NCBI GenBank assembly: GCA_002189035.1 | Contig: NEEC01000012.1 | Coordinates: 2,046,001 to 2,110,000, forward strand | Direction: 5' to 3' | Source: Utricularia gibba | Taxonomy: Eukaryota > Plantae > Magnoliophyta | Length of the DNA: 64,000 bases | Shown here: positions 23,003-36,884 of the stretch, piece after piece | Layout: each line of letters opens with the position of its first letter | Position numbering within the stretch: position 1 is the stretch's first letter | Position numbers and translations under genes: made by a program | The notes under the pieces: model-generated | What the model saw: only the letters and a program-made list of their open reading frames with translations | Databases searched by the model: none | What the model was told of the DNA's origin: nothing

Positions 23003-25579
23003 TCAAAAACAACTCTTGATCTCCCCGTTAAGTGCCTCCGCCGGTGGCATGGTCGTCGTCTTTTTCATGCCGGGAACGACCTTTCCATCATCTTTGGTAG
23101 CCATAAAACTGGGCTGGTTTGTGGAAGAAAGCAGCCTTGCCCACATTCTGTCTGTTATCACCACCTTGTGCCGTTCCTCGTTGATCCTCTGCACCAGCAT
23201 TTGAGTTCTCAAAATACAACAGGCTTTTCATTTCCTTGTTTCCAACTAGATGCTTAAAAGCAGTACCTGAAATGGAATATAAGCATTCCTTCCATTGACT
23301 GGACCTACAGTGAAGCCTGTGTACCCAGCCATGGCTCCATGGACAGCGCTCTGAGCAAGAAGGGTGCAGTAAACGTTGTCCGATGCATTGCTCGGAATCG
23401 CCCGAATCATGTATGTTGGATCTGTTATCAGTTTATTTGAACTCAGCATTACACCAGAGATAACTCAAAACTCAAGCCCATAACAGGATATATGAGTGAG
23501 TGAATGCATCACCTATATATTTGAGGTTTATGGCCATCTTCTTCCTCTTGGAGAAATGATCCTGCAAACCCATCATACAACCTCAAGCTCTAATCTTTAA
23601 ATAAAAAAAAAAAACTACACCCTCAATGGCAAAGAAGGACCTTTATTTGTTTTGATAGCCATAGCCCCACATCCTGCAGCAGCTTGTTACCAGAGGCATC
23701 CTGCTCACCCTCTGCAGGCTGGAGTAGTTCCTGGCCTGCACCTTCAGCTATAACGATCACCATGTGGCCATCATGTTTAAGCCTTTTCTCGATGTACTCG
23801 AACAGCCCTCCGGCTCCGTCGAGGCAGAACGGCGACTCCGGAATCAGGCAGCAATCGACATCGCGGCTCGCAAGTGTTGCATACATTGCAATGAATCCTA
23901 CAGTCATCACCAGGTGCAACAATGGAGTTGGGAAAAAATAGCCAGAAATCTGAGTATGGTTAAGGTGTTTCAACTTTCAAGCTTCAATACCACTGTATCT
24001 TCCCATCAGCTTCACGAGTCCGATGCCATTTTCGACGCTAGTGGCTTCGACATGAGCTGCGTTGATCGCACGCTCGGCCTCCTCCACTGCTGAGTCGAAA
24101 CCAAATGACTTATCTATTACCTGCAAGTTTATCTCACAACTGAGTAATTTTTCTGAAAGATGGTTCCCATTACAGCACATGGAATACTTACAGAGATATC
24201 ATTGTCAATGGTTTTTGGAATTCCAGCCACTGCAACCTTCAGACCCCTTCTCACGATCTCCTGCACATGGTGAAGGCAAGTTGTTGTCTTATAACAAGCA
24301 GCCTCCTATTAGAAATCTCAGCTTAACAAGTGAAGGAAGTTGCAACAGCAACTGAAGAAGGCGAAAGTGAACCATGGTTTTACCTCAAAAATGACAGCAG
24401 CTCCTCTCTGAGTTCCATCGCCACCAATGATGTAAACCTGAAAACCAGAAAAGGGTCATTCTATAGAGCATTGAGGAACCTCGAGAAGATATGCAACATA
24501 CGATACCTGGTTGATTCCACGGTCTTGGATGCTGTCAACGATCTTTTTAGTGTCATGGCCACCTCTGGATGTTCCTAAGATGGTTCCACCTCGTTGGTGT
24601 ATGTCATTCACTGATTTTGGTGTGAGCATAGTAGTGTTTCTTGAGTAGAAACCACGATACCCTCCCTGTAAAGAAGCACATTATCCCACCTAAGATTTCT
24701 TTGACAAATCCAGGTAGCATCATAGCTAGATAGAATGAGAAGGGTGCTCACAATTATGCCAAGAACACTCTGGACACCATAGGCTTGATGCAAACCGCAG
24801 ACTATTTCCCTGATAACTGTGTTGATACCAGGGCACAAGCCTCCACAGGTCACAATACATGCATGGACATCCTCTGTTTCGAAGTAAACCTGAGAAAAAA
24901 AACGGTAATGGTTTCACCACAAGCCATGAAAATGGGAAGGCGAACTTGAGGGCAATGGTGTGTACTCTTTGCCGAGGACCTGCACGCCGGAAATGAACTC
25001 CTCGGGGAGTATCCCTATGCACAACAATCTGTTGAAAAGGGGGATGTATCGATTTGCTGAGGACAGAGATCTCATAATCCACTGATGAGGAATATGTGAT
25101 GCAGCAAAACGACAAGGACTGACCTTTTGTATAACAGAATCATCATCGTCAATGAAGAAATGGCTGTTAAGAAAATCAACAATATCAAACACCCATATCA
25201 ACAACACCAGAAAAAGACACAGAAAACAAGTGATATTGACTTGAAGCTCACTTGCCTCAAAACTGAGTGATGGTCTTGCAATGGATTCGGATACGACTGT
25301 TGAAAAAAAACAAGCAAGCAAACAAACACAGAACTTAAAATCGAGATCCAAAAATGCTCATCAAGGAATCTCTTCATACTTAGTAAAGAATCTTCTTCGA
25401 AAATTCGAGATGCGCATTACAGACAGTAATAAAACATCACCCACTAAACAGGGAAGCACAAGAAATCGTAAAAACGCAATTCTGAGTACCGGAAGCTCTG
25501 GGAAGTAATGAGTCAAGTGTGGAACATCTTCCAGAACATAGCCCGCGTTCCAAGCTTCAGTATTTGGCACACTACCCAT
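23003..25579 (-). CDS. PFK: ATP-dependent 6-phosphofructokinase (cytosolic group), 13 exons, one GC-AG intron
   Basis: [61 protein letters not shown] and [10 protein letters not shown]. All exons were traced. Confidence 0.95.
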
Positions 25580-27344
25580 ACAAACTCTCCCAAGTTCAGA
25601 GAATCAAAAGCAAAAAATTTCTGGGTAACGTCAAAAACCCAGACCTGTATCGAAAGAACCAGAAATATGAGACACGTGTTCAAGTCTGGTAGCACCCACT
25701 ACCACCTTTTATAGAACTCTCGCTTTCCCTCCAACATTTCCCATCTCCATGTTGTGTGGATCCAATACAAGATTCTTCCTTGCTATTCCAGATTCCTCTC
25801 TCAAATTGCAGACAACTTGACTACTTCCTACAGCACAATTTTCTCGCTTTCATTACTCAGCATTTTGAGGGTCGGATGAATATCTACAGAATATTTGAAT
25901 ACCCCAACTCTTCATTAAAGCAAATCCAAGTTTTCAACATATTCATGTTTCAGAACTCCCCTGTTTTTTTCAAGTTTCCTCCATACAATTGCCCCATGAA
26001 GTGATTTCAGTCCACTCATGATGAACAACGTCAAACATCTTAATAATGCCTCCAGATTTTGAAATATGGGTTTTATCCCTAGTCAAACAATGAGTTCTAA
26101 CCTACAAAAAATAAAATTATTAAAAATTGCCATATTGGCAATTTCATTTAATTTTAATATCCTAACTTCATTTTTTAATATTGTTTTACATCTTTGAGGA
26201 TACTAGAAAAAAATTAAATAAGTATATTGAATATTTAAAATACAAAAAATGTAGGGTAGATGCGTTGACTGAACTAGTCAACGAATGGAAGATACGCGCG
26301 TACGTAGCATACTTCTCAGCCAGTAGAAGATGTTGACTTTTCTCTTCCAGGTTTGTGCTAGTGATTAAGCAACACGTAGGTGCAACAGCAACAGTCAGCA
26401 GACAGCAGTGTTTGTTTGACTGGTAAAATCGGACTTGTGCACGTGAGTGTTATGAAATAAATATAATTTTATTTATTTTAGATTATATTTTCATATAAGA
26501 AAATTACATTAATGATCGTTAAAGGTAAAGGTGGGTCCAGATATTTGATATCAAAGTCAAATAAGAGCACATGATCAATGGTGAGACATATCAACAAGAA
26601 TGTAAAATTTCCAATGAAGGGAGAATGTGATGTGTAGTTTGGAGGAAAAGTGAAAAGATTTTAAATAAATCTTACATTGATTATGACTAAAAAAGAAAAT
26701 TAAGTAAAATAACCATGCAAACCATGCACAAAGACATTTTTCTGAAGATGAAAATATAAAATCATAAAGATTAAGTACTTAAATCAGATAATATAACATA
26801 AAAGGAAGATGGGTTGTGATATTAATTAGTATAATTGATCTTTATAAATAATGTTTTGATTAATATTATTTCAAAATGATGTATATTTGGTTTTTTGTTG
26901 TTTTCAAATCAAATAAAAATAATCTTTGTTATTTTATAATTATAAAAAATCATCAATTGAAAATCTTAATTTTTTTATAAATATAATGTTATTATTATCG
27001 ATCGACACCCACAGATCCCCGGCACCCATTTTCGACTGCCCCATCACCTATCACCCAAAACTTCGATTAAGGATTTTGAGGGGAAAAACATTTTTCAAAC
27101 ATAAAGTATTCGTGTTTGTTCATTAATATATATTGCTCACATAACTTCGACAAGGATTTCAAATAAAATTTAACGTTCGAACAATATTCGATAACTAGGG
27201 AATTCGATATTCGGTATGTTCACTTAACCATTTTGTGTGTGACACAATTAGGGAAGTGCTAGTTTATGATACCATCCATGTAGGAGCGCATTCTTGCAGC
27301 ATGTATAGTAATCATATGTACAGAAGTTTCGAGTTCAGAAACGC

Positions 27345-28649
27345 TCATCGGAGGTACGGCTCGTAGGAGACCAGCATTCGGTCGGAAACGAGGAGCGGCA
27401 GCTTGTGTATGTACATGAGGAGCCTCTTCAGATCTTCCCTCACGATGGCCGACACATCAACGATGTCGAAACTACTTGGGCAGATCCAGAGCTCGCAAGA
27501 CTTCACTCCTCTCAGGCTGTCCCGGCAGAAGGGGCAAGATTCAGACCGAGTTCGCCTGTTGAAACGAAGCGTAAAGACATCACTGGTGTTGGAGCAGTTT
27601 CGTTGCCGGAACGCAAGCTGAGCTTACCAGTCCCTGAAGCATTTCAGGCAGAGGGAATGGGCGCAGGTTGGGAGAACGACTTTTGTGTCCATCTCCATGC
27701 AAATCCCGCATTCTTGCTCCATCTCCAGTTCGATCTCCGAGAGCTTCCCTTTCTCCATTTCATCGTGTCTTCTGTACTTGGTTTCGCATATCTGTCGCTG
27801 CTTTCGTTCTTCCACCTCTGTTATTCCCTTCTGAAGTTGCAGCAAGGAAGGGAATATGACTCCTGCAGAGAGCAACACCATATTCAATGTAGGAGAAGAA
27901 AGTGTCGGGTCTTAAACAGCTTTTCTCACCATAGAATTCTCTTAGACTGGCTTTCCTTTCATACAGTGACATGGTTGTCTTCCCATCCCCAAATGCCTAG
28001 AAGCAGAAGCTCAGTGAGATCTTGAGCTCCGATTCTGGGTCATCAAGAAAACCAGATACCTAACCTTGTAAATGAGGATTCTTATGAGGCCAAGCGCACC
28101 AGCAAGATGGCAATCAGTCCATTGCACCAGGAAGAGAAAAATGTGCGCACAGGAGCTATACGACAGCCTCATTTGGAGGCACCCACCATTGTATTCCCTC
28201 GGGTAATCCGAGGCCCTTCACAAGGAACAATGGAAATCCATCAAATAACGAGGTAAATTGGATATAGTTAACAATCAGACGGTTTTTCATGCGCTCAGAG
28301 GAGAAGGGAATGCTTAAAGAAATGGGCATTGTTTCACATAAAGAGAAAGAACTTCTAGCCACAAAATGCAATTGCTGCAGTTCTCAATCCGACCATGTGA
28401 GAATGCTGAGCTAACAAAAGGATGAATGAGTTAAACGATCCGTTCATCATGGACAATCACATAAACATCTAAATTTCAATTCCCATGAAAGAAATCCGAG
28501 CGAAACAGAGCAGAGAGAACAAAAGTATGATAATCAAAGGGAAAAAAGGGAACCCAAAATTGAGAACAGAGGCGCGAAGTATACAGAGTATTAGCATGTT
28601 GAATGTCGGCTTCAAGCGCTTTGAGAGAATCCTTAAAAGATTTCTTCAT
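27345..28649 (-). CDS. AIRP2: C3HC4 RING E3 ligase, AIRP2-like, 5 exons
   Basis: MKKSFKDSLKALEADIQHANTL, QMRLSYS, QWTDCHLAGALGL, CGICME...LPTCAHSLCLKCFRDW|RTRSESCPFCR. Confidence 0.92.
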
Positions 28650-31615
28650 GAGTACCTCCGAGTTTCCGTTTCCGTTTCCCTTCCTCCCAGTCCCATTCAA
28701 CAATCACGTCATTCTCAACAACCCCCTGCAACATTTTCCACTACCTCACATAAAAATACCACTAAAGACATCACCTTTATCGAGCAGTAAGCGGCAAAAA
28801 CAATAACCCACAAGAAGAAGCTAAGAATCTTGGATTCCCCGATACACAGAAACAGAAAACCCAAAGCTTGAATCCACGGAAATTTACAGATTCCGTAGCC
28901 GAATGGGGCAAAAAGAGGGGTAGGGTTTTATGGACTTTCCGCTTGCTTCCACTGCACGGCTTTCCACTGGGGCCAGAAGAATCGAAACACCCACAATACA
29001 CTATTCCTGGAGAAGTGAAAACAGAAGATGACTACAGTATCATACTCAAATAATTTGACGGTGAAGCCGTGTCGGCACAGCTTAATCACCCACCTTAAAC
29101 TCGTCCTAATATGACTGGCTAGCAGCTATTCTCCCTTTCCGCCGTAGAGCATTTCCGAGAGAGGCTGATCCGCATTAAGGTTCTGCAGTTCGCCGGAATG
29201 AGGCACATTACAATACAAACCACCTGATGGATTGAATCCATCACTGCGGATCGCATACAAGACGTGTATGACGCTATTTATTAAGAAACGCACGTGCGTG
29301 TTCATTGTGACGAGGAGCTTTCATTGTAATAATATGATTTTCACTGAACCCATTCACATGTTCATCCTCCGCTCCATTCTATTTCTATACTTGGCATTTT
29401 CCGACAAAGAATAAAAATAGCAAAAACGCATTTGGTAAATGTGGTACCCAGTGAGATTAATCCCTACGTTGTCAGCATTGAATATAGGGGAACACGTTTT
29501 CAACGCACTCCACGTGGCCTATTTAGTTTGGATTTTGCAATAATAGTTGTTACTCAAAATTTCACACAATTTCAAAATTAGATAAAATCAATTTAAATTA
29601 TTTCATATTCGGGTAAAATGCATATTTATAAAATTAATTTCCACTCTTTTAATAAATTTTAAAAATTTGTAATTAAATTTATTTTTATTTTAAATTTCAC
29701 AATTAATCAACATTTCTTATTTTACTACTATTAGTCACAACTAAAAAATATTTAGATTTAACTCGGATTATGGAATGAATCATATATAAATTGATTTTAT
29801 TATATATTTTTAAAAAAGATACGGTGTTTGAAATTTTGATAGTAATTATTATACATAGTATTAAAATACGATATAAATAGATAAAAAAAACATATATTAT
29901 AAGTCCACTGGTACGGGCAGCCCAGTATGAGCAGGCCCAATAAGCCAAGGGCAGAACCCAAAAGTCCAAAACCAAGCCTGTATTGCACTGCATTGCCATC
30001 CCTATATGAAACCTTTGCATACATATACCAATATTTTAAAATCATGAATTTAATTCGAAATTATATTCGATTTAACATTTTTTAAAAAACTATAAAATAA
30101 TTCAACCCAAATCAATAACTCAACTGAATAATGATTTTAATTCATTATTAAAACTATTCACTCAAAATGAGAATTCTAATTTTTTTTAATTTCAAATAAT
30201 TAAAAAAAATACACACACACGCACATACACAGACAAGTTGTGGAGGTCGATGGATGTTGTCCATGTCCGGTGTAAATGCAGAGCAGGACGAACAAAATGA
30301 TATGAGCATGACATTAAAAAATAAAAATAAAGTTTCTAGGCTTATCTGGGGGTGCATCTTTATGTGTCCCCATCAATGATTAAATACTATGGTCAAGATT
30401 GCTATCAATATTTAAGACTTCCTGAGGTGACACAAGTTTGATGATACTTGTGTCACATTGGAACACGTAGGCCAGGACTTTGGCCTTCATTAGGTGCACC
30501 CACATGATACATGGCGTATCTATGAATATATTTAAAATAGATCAAAAAATCTGAAATTCATTTAATTAATAAAATTTTAAATATTATATTTATAAATTAG
30601 GAATTAATAATTGGTGGTTGGCAATGGGTCGGATGGGATGATGCATACGTACCCAATAGGAACCGGGTACGTGGGCGGAGGCGTCGTTGTCGGCGGGAAT
30701 GATGTGGAAAAGGGCGGGGGCACGTTCATAAAGAGGCGTGTGGGCCCCGGGAAAGCGACACACTTTCCGCGCCAATTTGCCCACCCTAGATGTTGACCAT
30801 CGCAATCAATAACTCCAAATGTAAATCCACTTTTCCTTAATCCTGTTAAATAATATAATGCGTTTTTTAGTTTTCATAATCTTTATTTATTTAAAATTTT
30901 GATATTGATTTTAAAAACTATCAAATCTTTAATATTAATTTTATTTATTTAAATTATGTTATTCCGTTTTTACACAATATGAAAAATATTTATGTCATCA
31001 TATTAAATTATAGAGTAATTTGATTTATTAATTTTACAATGTATTATTTAATTTTTTAAATACTATAATATATTTATTTCATAAATTAATTTTATAATAT
31101 CAAAATTGATTGTATTTTACATAATTTAAATTTTATATTTAAAGTCTCAATGTTGATTGAAAAAAAGGATTATGCATTGTATTATTTAATAAAAAGATTT
31201 ATAATTAAATTTATATATAGTATTATTGTAATACATATAATATAAATAGAATGGATTTTTTAAAAAATATAAATAAAATACTGTATTTTGTTATTATTAT
31301 ATGAATTAAACTTATCCAATAGATACTTTTTACTTAATCATAATGAAAAATAAAATAAACTAACATTTTATATATTTAATCTACACTAATTAATATTAAT
31401 ATGTTATTTAACATATAATTAGTATGTTTTATATCAAATGAGTCATTAATTCAATATTATATCTATATTTATGATAAAATTACGCACAACATTTTATTTA
31501 TTTATTTTTTAATTTTTATATGATTGCAATACCACCATCACTTCCTTCTTCCTTATGTACAACCAATTTCCACTTTCTTATTCGTCCCTGGTTTCCAGAC
31601 CACACAGACTGATCT

Positions 31616-33634
31616 CTAGCGCCGGTGCGGCGACGGCGGGCACTGGTAACACTTTGCGAACAGCCCAAACTGGTCGACTTGCCTCGCGAAGTTGGTGATG
31701 CTCGCCCAACCTCCGAATCCGAAGCCAACTACCAGAACCCAGATCGCGATGAAGGCGTTCACCACGTACATCGCCGCCCAGCTCCCAATGAACGCCGGCG
31801 GCTTCTCGGCGGCGTTCTGAACACAATCGGAGGAGCGAGATTGAGGATCATAACTCCCAAGAATGAGACCCCTCACCCATATTTCATGGTCCAACTCCAT
31901 GCATTGAAATAAAATACATTAAATAAATCCCATGCATTCAATGCCATCCCTGCCCTAGCCCTAGTAAATGAATGGCGACTACCTGTCGTGATCTTCTCGC
32001 ATTTTTTTTTTTATGAAAAAAAGAAGATGGGTTGGGTTGGGTTACCTGGCGAGCAGAGGGTTTGCTGTAGGTGAGCATATGGGCGAGGGCGGGGATGATA
32101 TAGACCGTAAAGCTGACCAGGAGAGCTCCCACGGCGGAGTTGATCGGGCCGAAGAACGGGAAAATGATCGCCATGAACCAAATCGGGATCACGACGGGAA
32201 GCCTCACCAGCGCTCTCAGGCATACGCTCTTCGTCTCGTGCATCCCGATGACCTTCTCCCACACGAAGTACAGTGGAGTGCAGGCGAACCCGAAGGTGAT
32301 GAACTGCACGAGGAATGAATGATGGGAGGAATACGATTACCAAGACGTGTTTGTAGCGAAACCCGGGGCAGTACCTGATGAATGAGCATGAGGATCACCG
32401 CCGTGTCGCGCGAGCCGGATCTCGGAAGCAGCGAAAGCGCGTTGGAGTGGTTAAGAAGCTGATCGCCGAAGGCCCAGTACACGGCGGTCGCCGAGGGAAT
32501 CGTCAATGTGAAAACATACAATGTTGCGTACAAGTAAATGTACTTGAATTTCCTTGGCTTCCACATAGCGTGCATGATTTCCCTGCACAGATGATTCCAA
32601 TTCCAGTTAGCAGCAGCAAACCGAACAACCCACTGCGATTCTGCGCAGGATCACTAACACAGTCACGGCATGGCCGCCGAAGGTGTAGAGTATGTTGGTA
32701 GCGCCGGTGAAGTAGAGAACGAACTGTTTCGGACCGGAATGATGCACATTTTCGACCGGCCCATGAACCAACGCCGCGATCGTCAGATACCAGGCGGTGT
32801 AGGTGGTCATCCCAAGTCCCAAAAACGACCAAATTCGATAGTTATGGAAGGAAGGAATGAAGACTGTGGTTGCACAGCAAGCTCCGAAGATATACGTCCA
32901 TGTCCTCTTGTCCAAGTGATCATTGATGTAGTATATGTTACTGCAACCACAAAAAGGGACTCAAAACTTCACTTCGGAGCACCTGGCTGTGCAGATAATT
33001 AACTACCTTGCGCAGCCTATGAGCTGAATCACAGAGCCGAAGAGGAGGAAGGTGCAGTTAAAGGCCAAGCCCAGAGCTTTCCACATGGGACCAAGTAATC
33101 CATCAAGAACTTCAAACCACTGCAGTGATGTTACATGAAAGCGTCAAAAAAAAAAAAAAAAAAGGCTTCCTGTTCTGGGATCTGTGTGTACTGGAATTGG
33201 ATATGGTTACCTGAATGACATGGTTTTTGAAGCTTGCGCCTTCTTTCTCCTTTCTATTTCGATACTCGATGTATAAAACGCTGATTAAATACGCAGTCCA
33301 ACTACCCATCAGTCCATAAAACAATTGGAATATGATCCCAGAAAGTATTCCCAGTTGGGAAAATGAGTATGGAAGAGTTAACAGCACTTGAGCTACCTGT
33401 AACCAAGATCATGAAGTTGCAAGAAAACCTTGATATGGGCAGTAAACGAAGTTTAAGAGGAAGAAAGGATACTTGATTGGACGCGCAGCTGAACCAGGCA
33501 TCCCAAGAGGAGCCGCCGTGCCAGAGTACGTGTTTAATACTGAAACCATTTTCCTCCTCCGCAGCTTCAACGTCGTTTTCCAATTGGTTCAGGCTGGGTA
33601 CAATCGCCTCTTCAGCCTGCTTCTCGCCCGCCAT
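31616..33634 (-). CDS. AUX1: Auxin influx carrier AUX1/LAX (AUX1/LAX1 clade), 7 coding exons
   Basis: EKQAEEAIV, LWHGGSSWDAWFSCASNQ, VAQVLLTLPYSF, NIYYINDHLDKRTWTYIFGACCATT, FITFGFACTPLY and FGLFAKCYQC. Confidence 0.95.
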
Positions 33635-35769
33635 ATTTTCTTCAATACCCAGATCTAAAAAACGACGCAGAAACCCATCTAACAATGAGACAAAAACAGG
33701 GGAGGAAACCCATACCCAGATCAAAATAACAAGAAAATGAAATACAAAATCAATTTCACATATAAATTGCTTCGACCAGTCTCTTTCCAAGACTTCCCAA
33801 GACGCTACAAATGAAGCCCAGTTCAGGAAAACAAGTTATCGCACGCAGCTCAAGGACATCGCATTTATACAAAATACGGCAAACTTGATGCTCCTATCAG
33901 ATCAGTCTGCAGAGGTGTGTGAGTTTAGAAATGAATGCGCTTCTTCCTTTTGGGATGGACTGCGGGAATCACCTCAAAACCTCCAAATAGCTTCTTCGTT
34001 CAGGAGACAGGGGTAGGTCTTTGCAGTAACACACACAATCCAGTCACCGAGAGCGAAGAAGAGAAAAAGGGATCACTTTCTGCTATACAGTGATAACTGA
34101 TATCAATTCTGGGTATTTAATGAGCTTCTTCTCGTCTCTCATTTCCCTTTTTTTAATTTCAAAATCATACGAACTTTGCGGAAAGGTGCAAGAAGAAGAA
34201 AGCCATTTCGCGGTTGACTCCCAACTGTATCCCACTAATGATTCGATGGACTAGGGATTAACAGTTAATCTCGCTGCGCTTTGTGTGTAATTAGATTCCT
34301 TAATCACCATTGGTCCAGTCCTGGATCCGATTCAGACGGGTTCCAGAAATAAATCCATTTTTATAATATTTCCCATTTATTTTATTTATACAATAATAAT
34401 TTTCCATACAAAATGTAAATAAATGATATTAATAATTTTATATTAGACTGGATATTGTATTTAACATCTTTGGGGATAAAAAATAATACCTTTTTGCAAT
34501 TTTTAAAAATAAATATTTCCATGGAAAAACAAGAAATATAAATTCACTTAATTCATATCTTAAAATTTTAATTGGTAATTTCTAATCAAATCATTTCACC
34601 CCATTTTTATTTTTCGCGATAATTTTTTTTCGTCTAATTTTCTCATATACATATTATAAGATGATTGGATTTCTAATCAATTCATATGATTTTAAAACAA
34701 TGTTCACAATGCACTTCCCAAATAAGTAATTTCATACATATCATTCTACTTGATTTCCAAGTATAGTATTGGTAAGAATGAAGAATCTTATTAATTTCAA
34801 TTTTCCTTTCCCATTTTTCATTATTACAAAATATGGATTGCACTCCAATTCTTATTTAAAATTATTTTTTAAATAGATTATTCATTAAAAACCAGGAATT
34901 TGAAAACAATTTCCTAAAGTGACAAATTGAAGAAAATGGAGTAATAAAAAACTCTTTGAGCTACTAATTGACCATGAAATTATCCTTCTCAAATGATTAT
35001 TTTAATTGCGCACGTGCTGGCATCACATGGACCTAACAAAAAGCAAGAAAGTAGACAACGCCTCACCTTTTGACTGTGCGACTTGTTATTATTTTTTTAA
35101 TTATTAATTTTTTTGTTTTTAAAAATAAAATATATAGATATACATAATTATGATTATATAATTTTTAAACAAAACTTATTCTATATAAATTTTAAAATAT
35201 TAAATAGATTATTTATTTTATTCAAAATAATAATTTCTCGTTCTCATATACAAGATGATTTGCTAGTGCTTAAATACGATAGATACTGTTTTTGAAAATT
35301 CTCTCATTTTCTGATTTTTGAACCCCATTACGAATCTAAAATTTTTGAGAATAATATCGTATTTAGATTTTATTGTTTGTGAGCGTTTGGGATGGACTTT
35401 GGAACTCATATTTGAAGGTGCATGTGCAATGAAGTAAAACAGATAGTGTGAATTTGGGCCGGGCTCAAATTAAAGGTCGGTGTAGGTCGGCTCATTCCCA
35501 TTAATGGGCCAAATATGTTGGTTAGATTAGCAGGCCTAGAAAGCCCAAATCATATGAGCTAGTTCCCCGGCGGGTGCAGTTCACAGGAGCGGTGGAGGTT
35601 GTAATATGGATCGAGACTTCAGTTTGTGAAATTGGCGCTTTTCGGTTGACGGAGCTCGGACCATCACATGGTTTTTTCTGTGTGTGCGGTCAGAATGGCG
35701 GAGAGGGTTCATCTATCTTTTTTTTGATGCAGAGAATGCGGGAGAGGCGCAAAACTTGTGCTTGGTGAA

Positions 35770-35964
35770 ATGGGAAAGGCTTCGAGGGATAAACGGGTAG
35801 CCTGAATTACATACGCGTGTTTCCGCTTCTTTATTTCATCTTTGAGTTCCGCTTGCATTATTATATCCGGATATCTGGGCTAGGAAAGCTAAAGAGGAAG
35901 GATGGAGAGCCGAAGTGCTTTCAAATTGCTTCCCGCTGATGAGGGGATTCAAAGTATTTTGAAG
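35770..35964 (+). pseudogene. TRM7: Relic of FtsJ/TRM7 tRNA 2'-O-methyltransferase (first two exons)
   Basis: Exon 1 encodes MGKASRDKR followed by a GT donor. Exon 2 reads [14 protein letters not shown]/(R)SAFKLL against the conserved [21 protein letters not shown]. The acceptor is CCG rather than CAG, there are frameshifts, and no intact downstream exons were found. Confidence 0.85.
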
Positions 35965-36884
35965 GTCTGCTGCGGTGAATGCTCCACTTTTGCCGTTTAT
36001 TTTGCAGCTTTTAGAGCAAATGGAAATTGGAGGGAGTTGGAGAAGAGGGGCGTTGGGCTTGGGAAGGAGAAGGATAAATGCTAGTGAGGTTTCAAGTGGA
36101 TTTATGAGGATTTTATAGAAAACCAATCGGGGGTGAAGAAGGACGCATATTACTAAGCTGAAGATGCTCGCTTGAAATACCTTATAATGCTAATGATGAA
36201 CTGTTGTTATCTTTCCTTATCATCTTCTCCCTCTCTTGATGGAGATAAGGAGCATCCTCATGATGGTGAACCATTTCTTACATGAAGATGCTTGCTTTCC
36301 CTTGTTAGCTTACAACTCTTTGATAGCGAGAAAATGCAGATGATGAACTGTTAGTAACTCAGCTTATCATCTTCTTGCTCGCTCAGTGCTCAACTTTGGA
36401 TACAAGCATAGCTAGTAGTTAGTCTTGAAGCTGGCAGTGGACATTTTGATGAACTGATATAATTCTTTTTGGTTTTCAGGGGCAGGCTTCTCCGGCTTTG
36501 AATTCCAGGATTCCATTGCTTCCATTACTTGCTATGGAACCAAGGTCTGAGTAACACATGACACGAAGCCATCAGTGATTTTCATTTGGCTCTGCTGGTT
36601 CCTTAGTTCTACCATGCTTTTAAAGGTTTTTTTTTCTGGTTAAAACGATGGTGAAGATACTACAACTTTTTACATCTATTATTTTATGATCCTTTTAGCA
36701 GCAGGATACAACAACGCTACTCGCTACTTTTGTACTCACTCTCTCTCTCTCTCTCACACTGCTTTTTCTCTGGTTTTTTTTCTTTTGCTGTATGTCTACA
36801 GTATAGATACTCAGATTTAACTTAACAGAGGCGCATCCCTACCTGAACAGTGACGCGCCGACACTTCTTCATCCTCCTCCTTCC

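Noticed and set aside
25720-26090. Coding-like stretch upstream of PFK (82-aa ORF on +, broken frames on -)
   Set aside because: No recognisable motif in any frame; cannot be distinguished from promoter DNA.
27405-28025. 206-aa plus-strand ORF
   Set aside because: Antisense shadow of AIRP2 exons. The same applies to 32013-32701, 39630-40031, 40172-40486 and 55486-55986.
36159-36460. C/D snoRNA cluster
   Set aside because: Box C-like motifs are present but no correctly spaced box D or terminal stem; kept only as a low-interest repeat.
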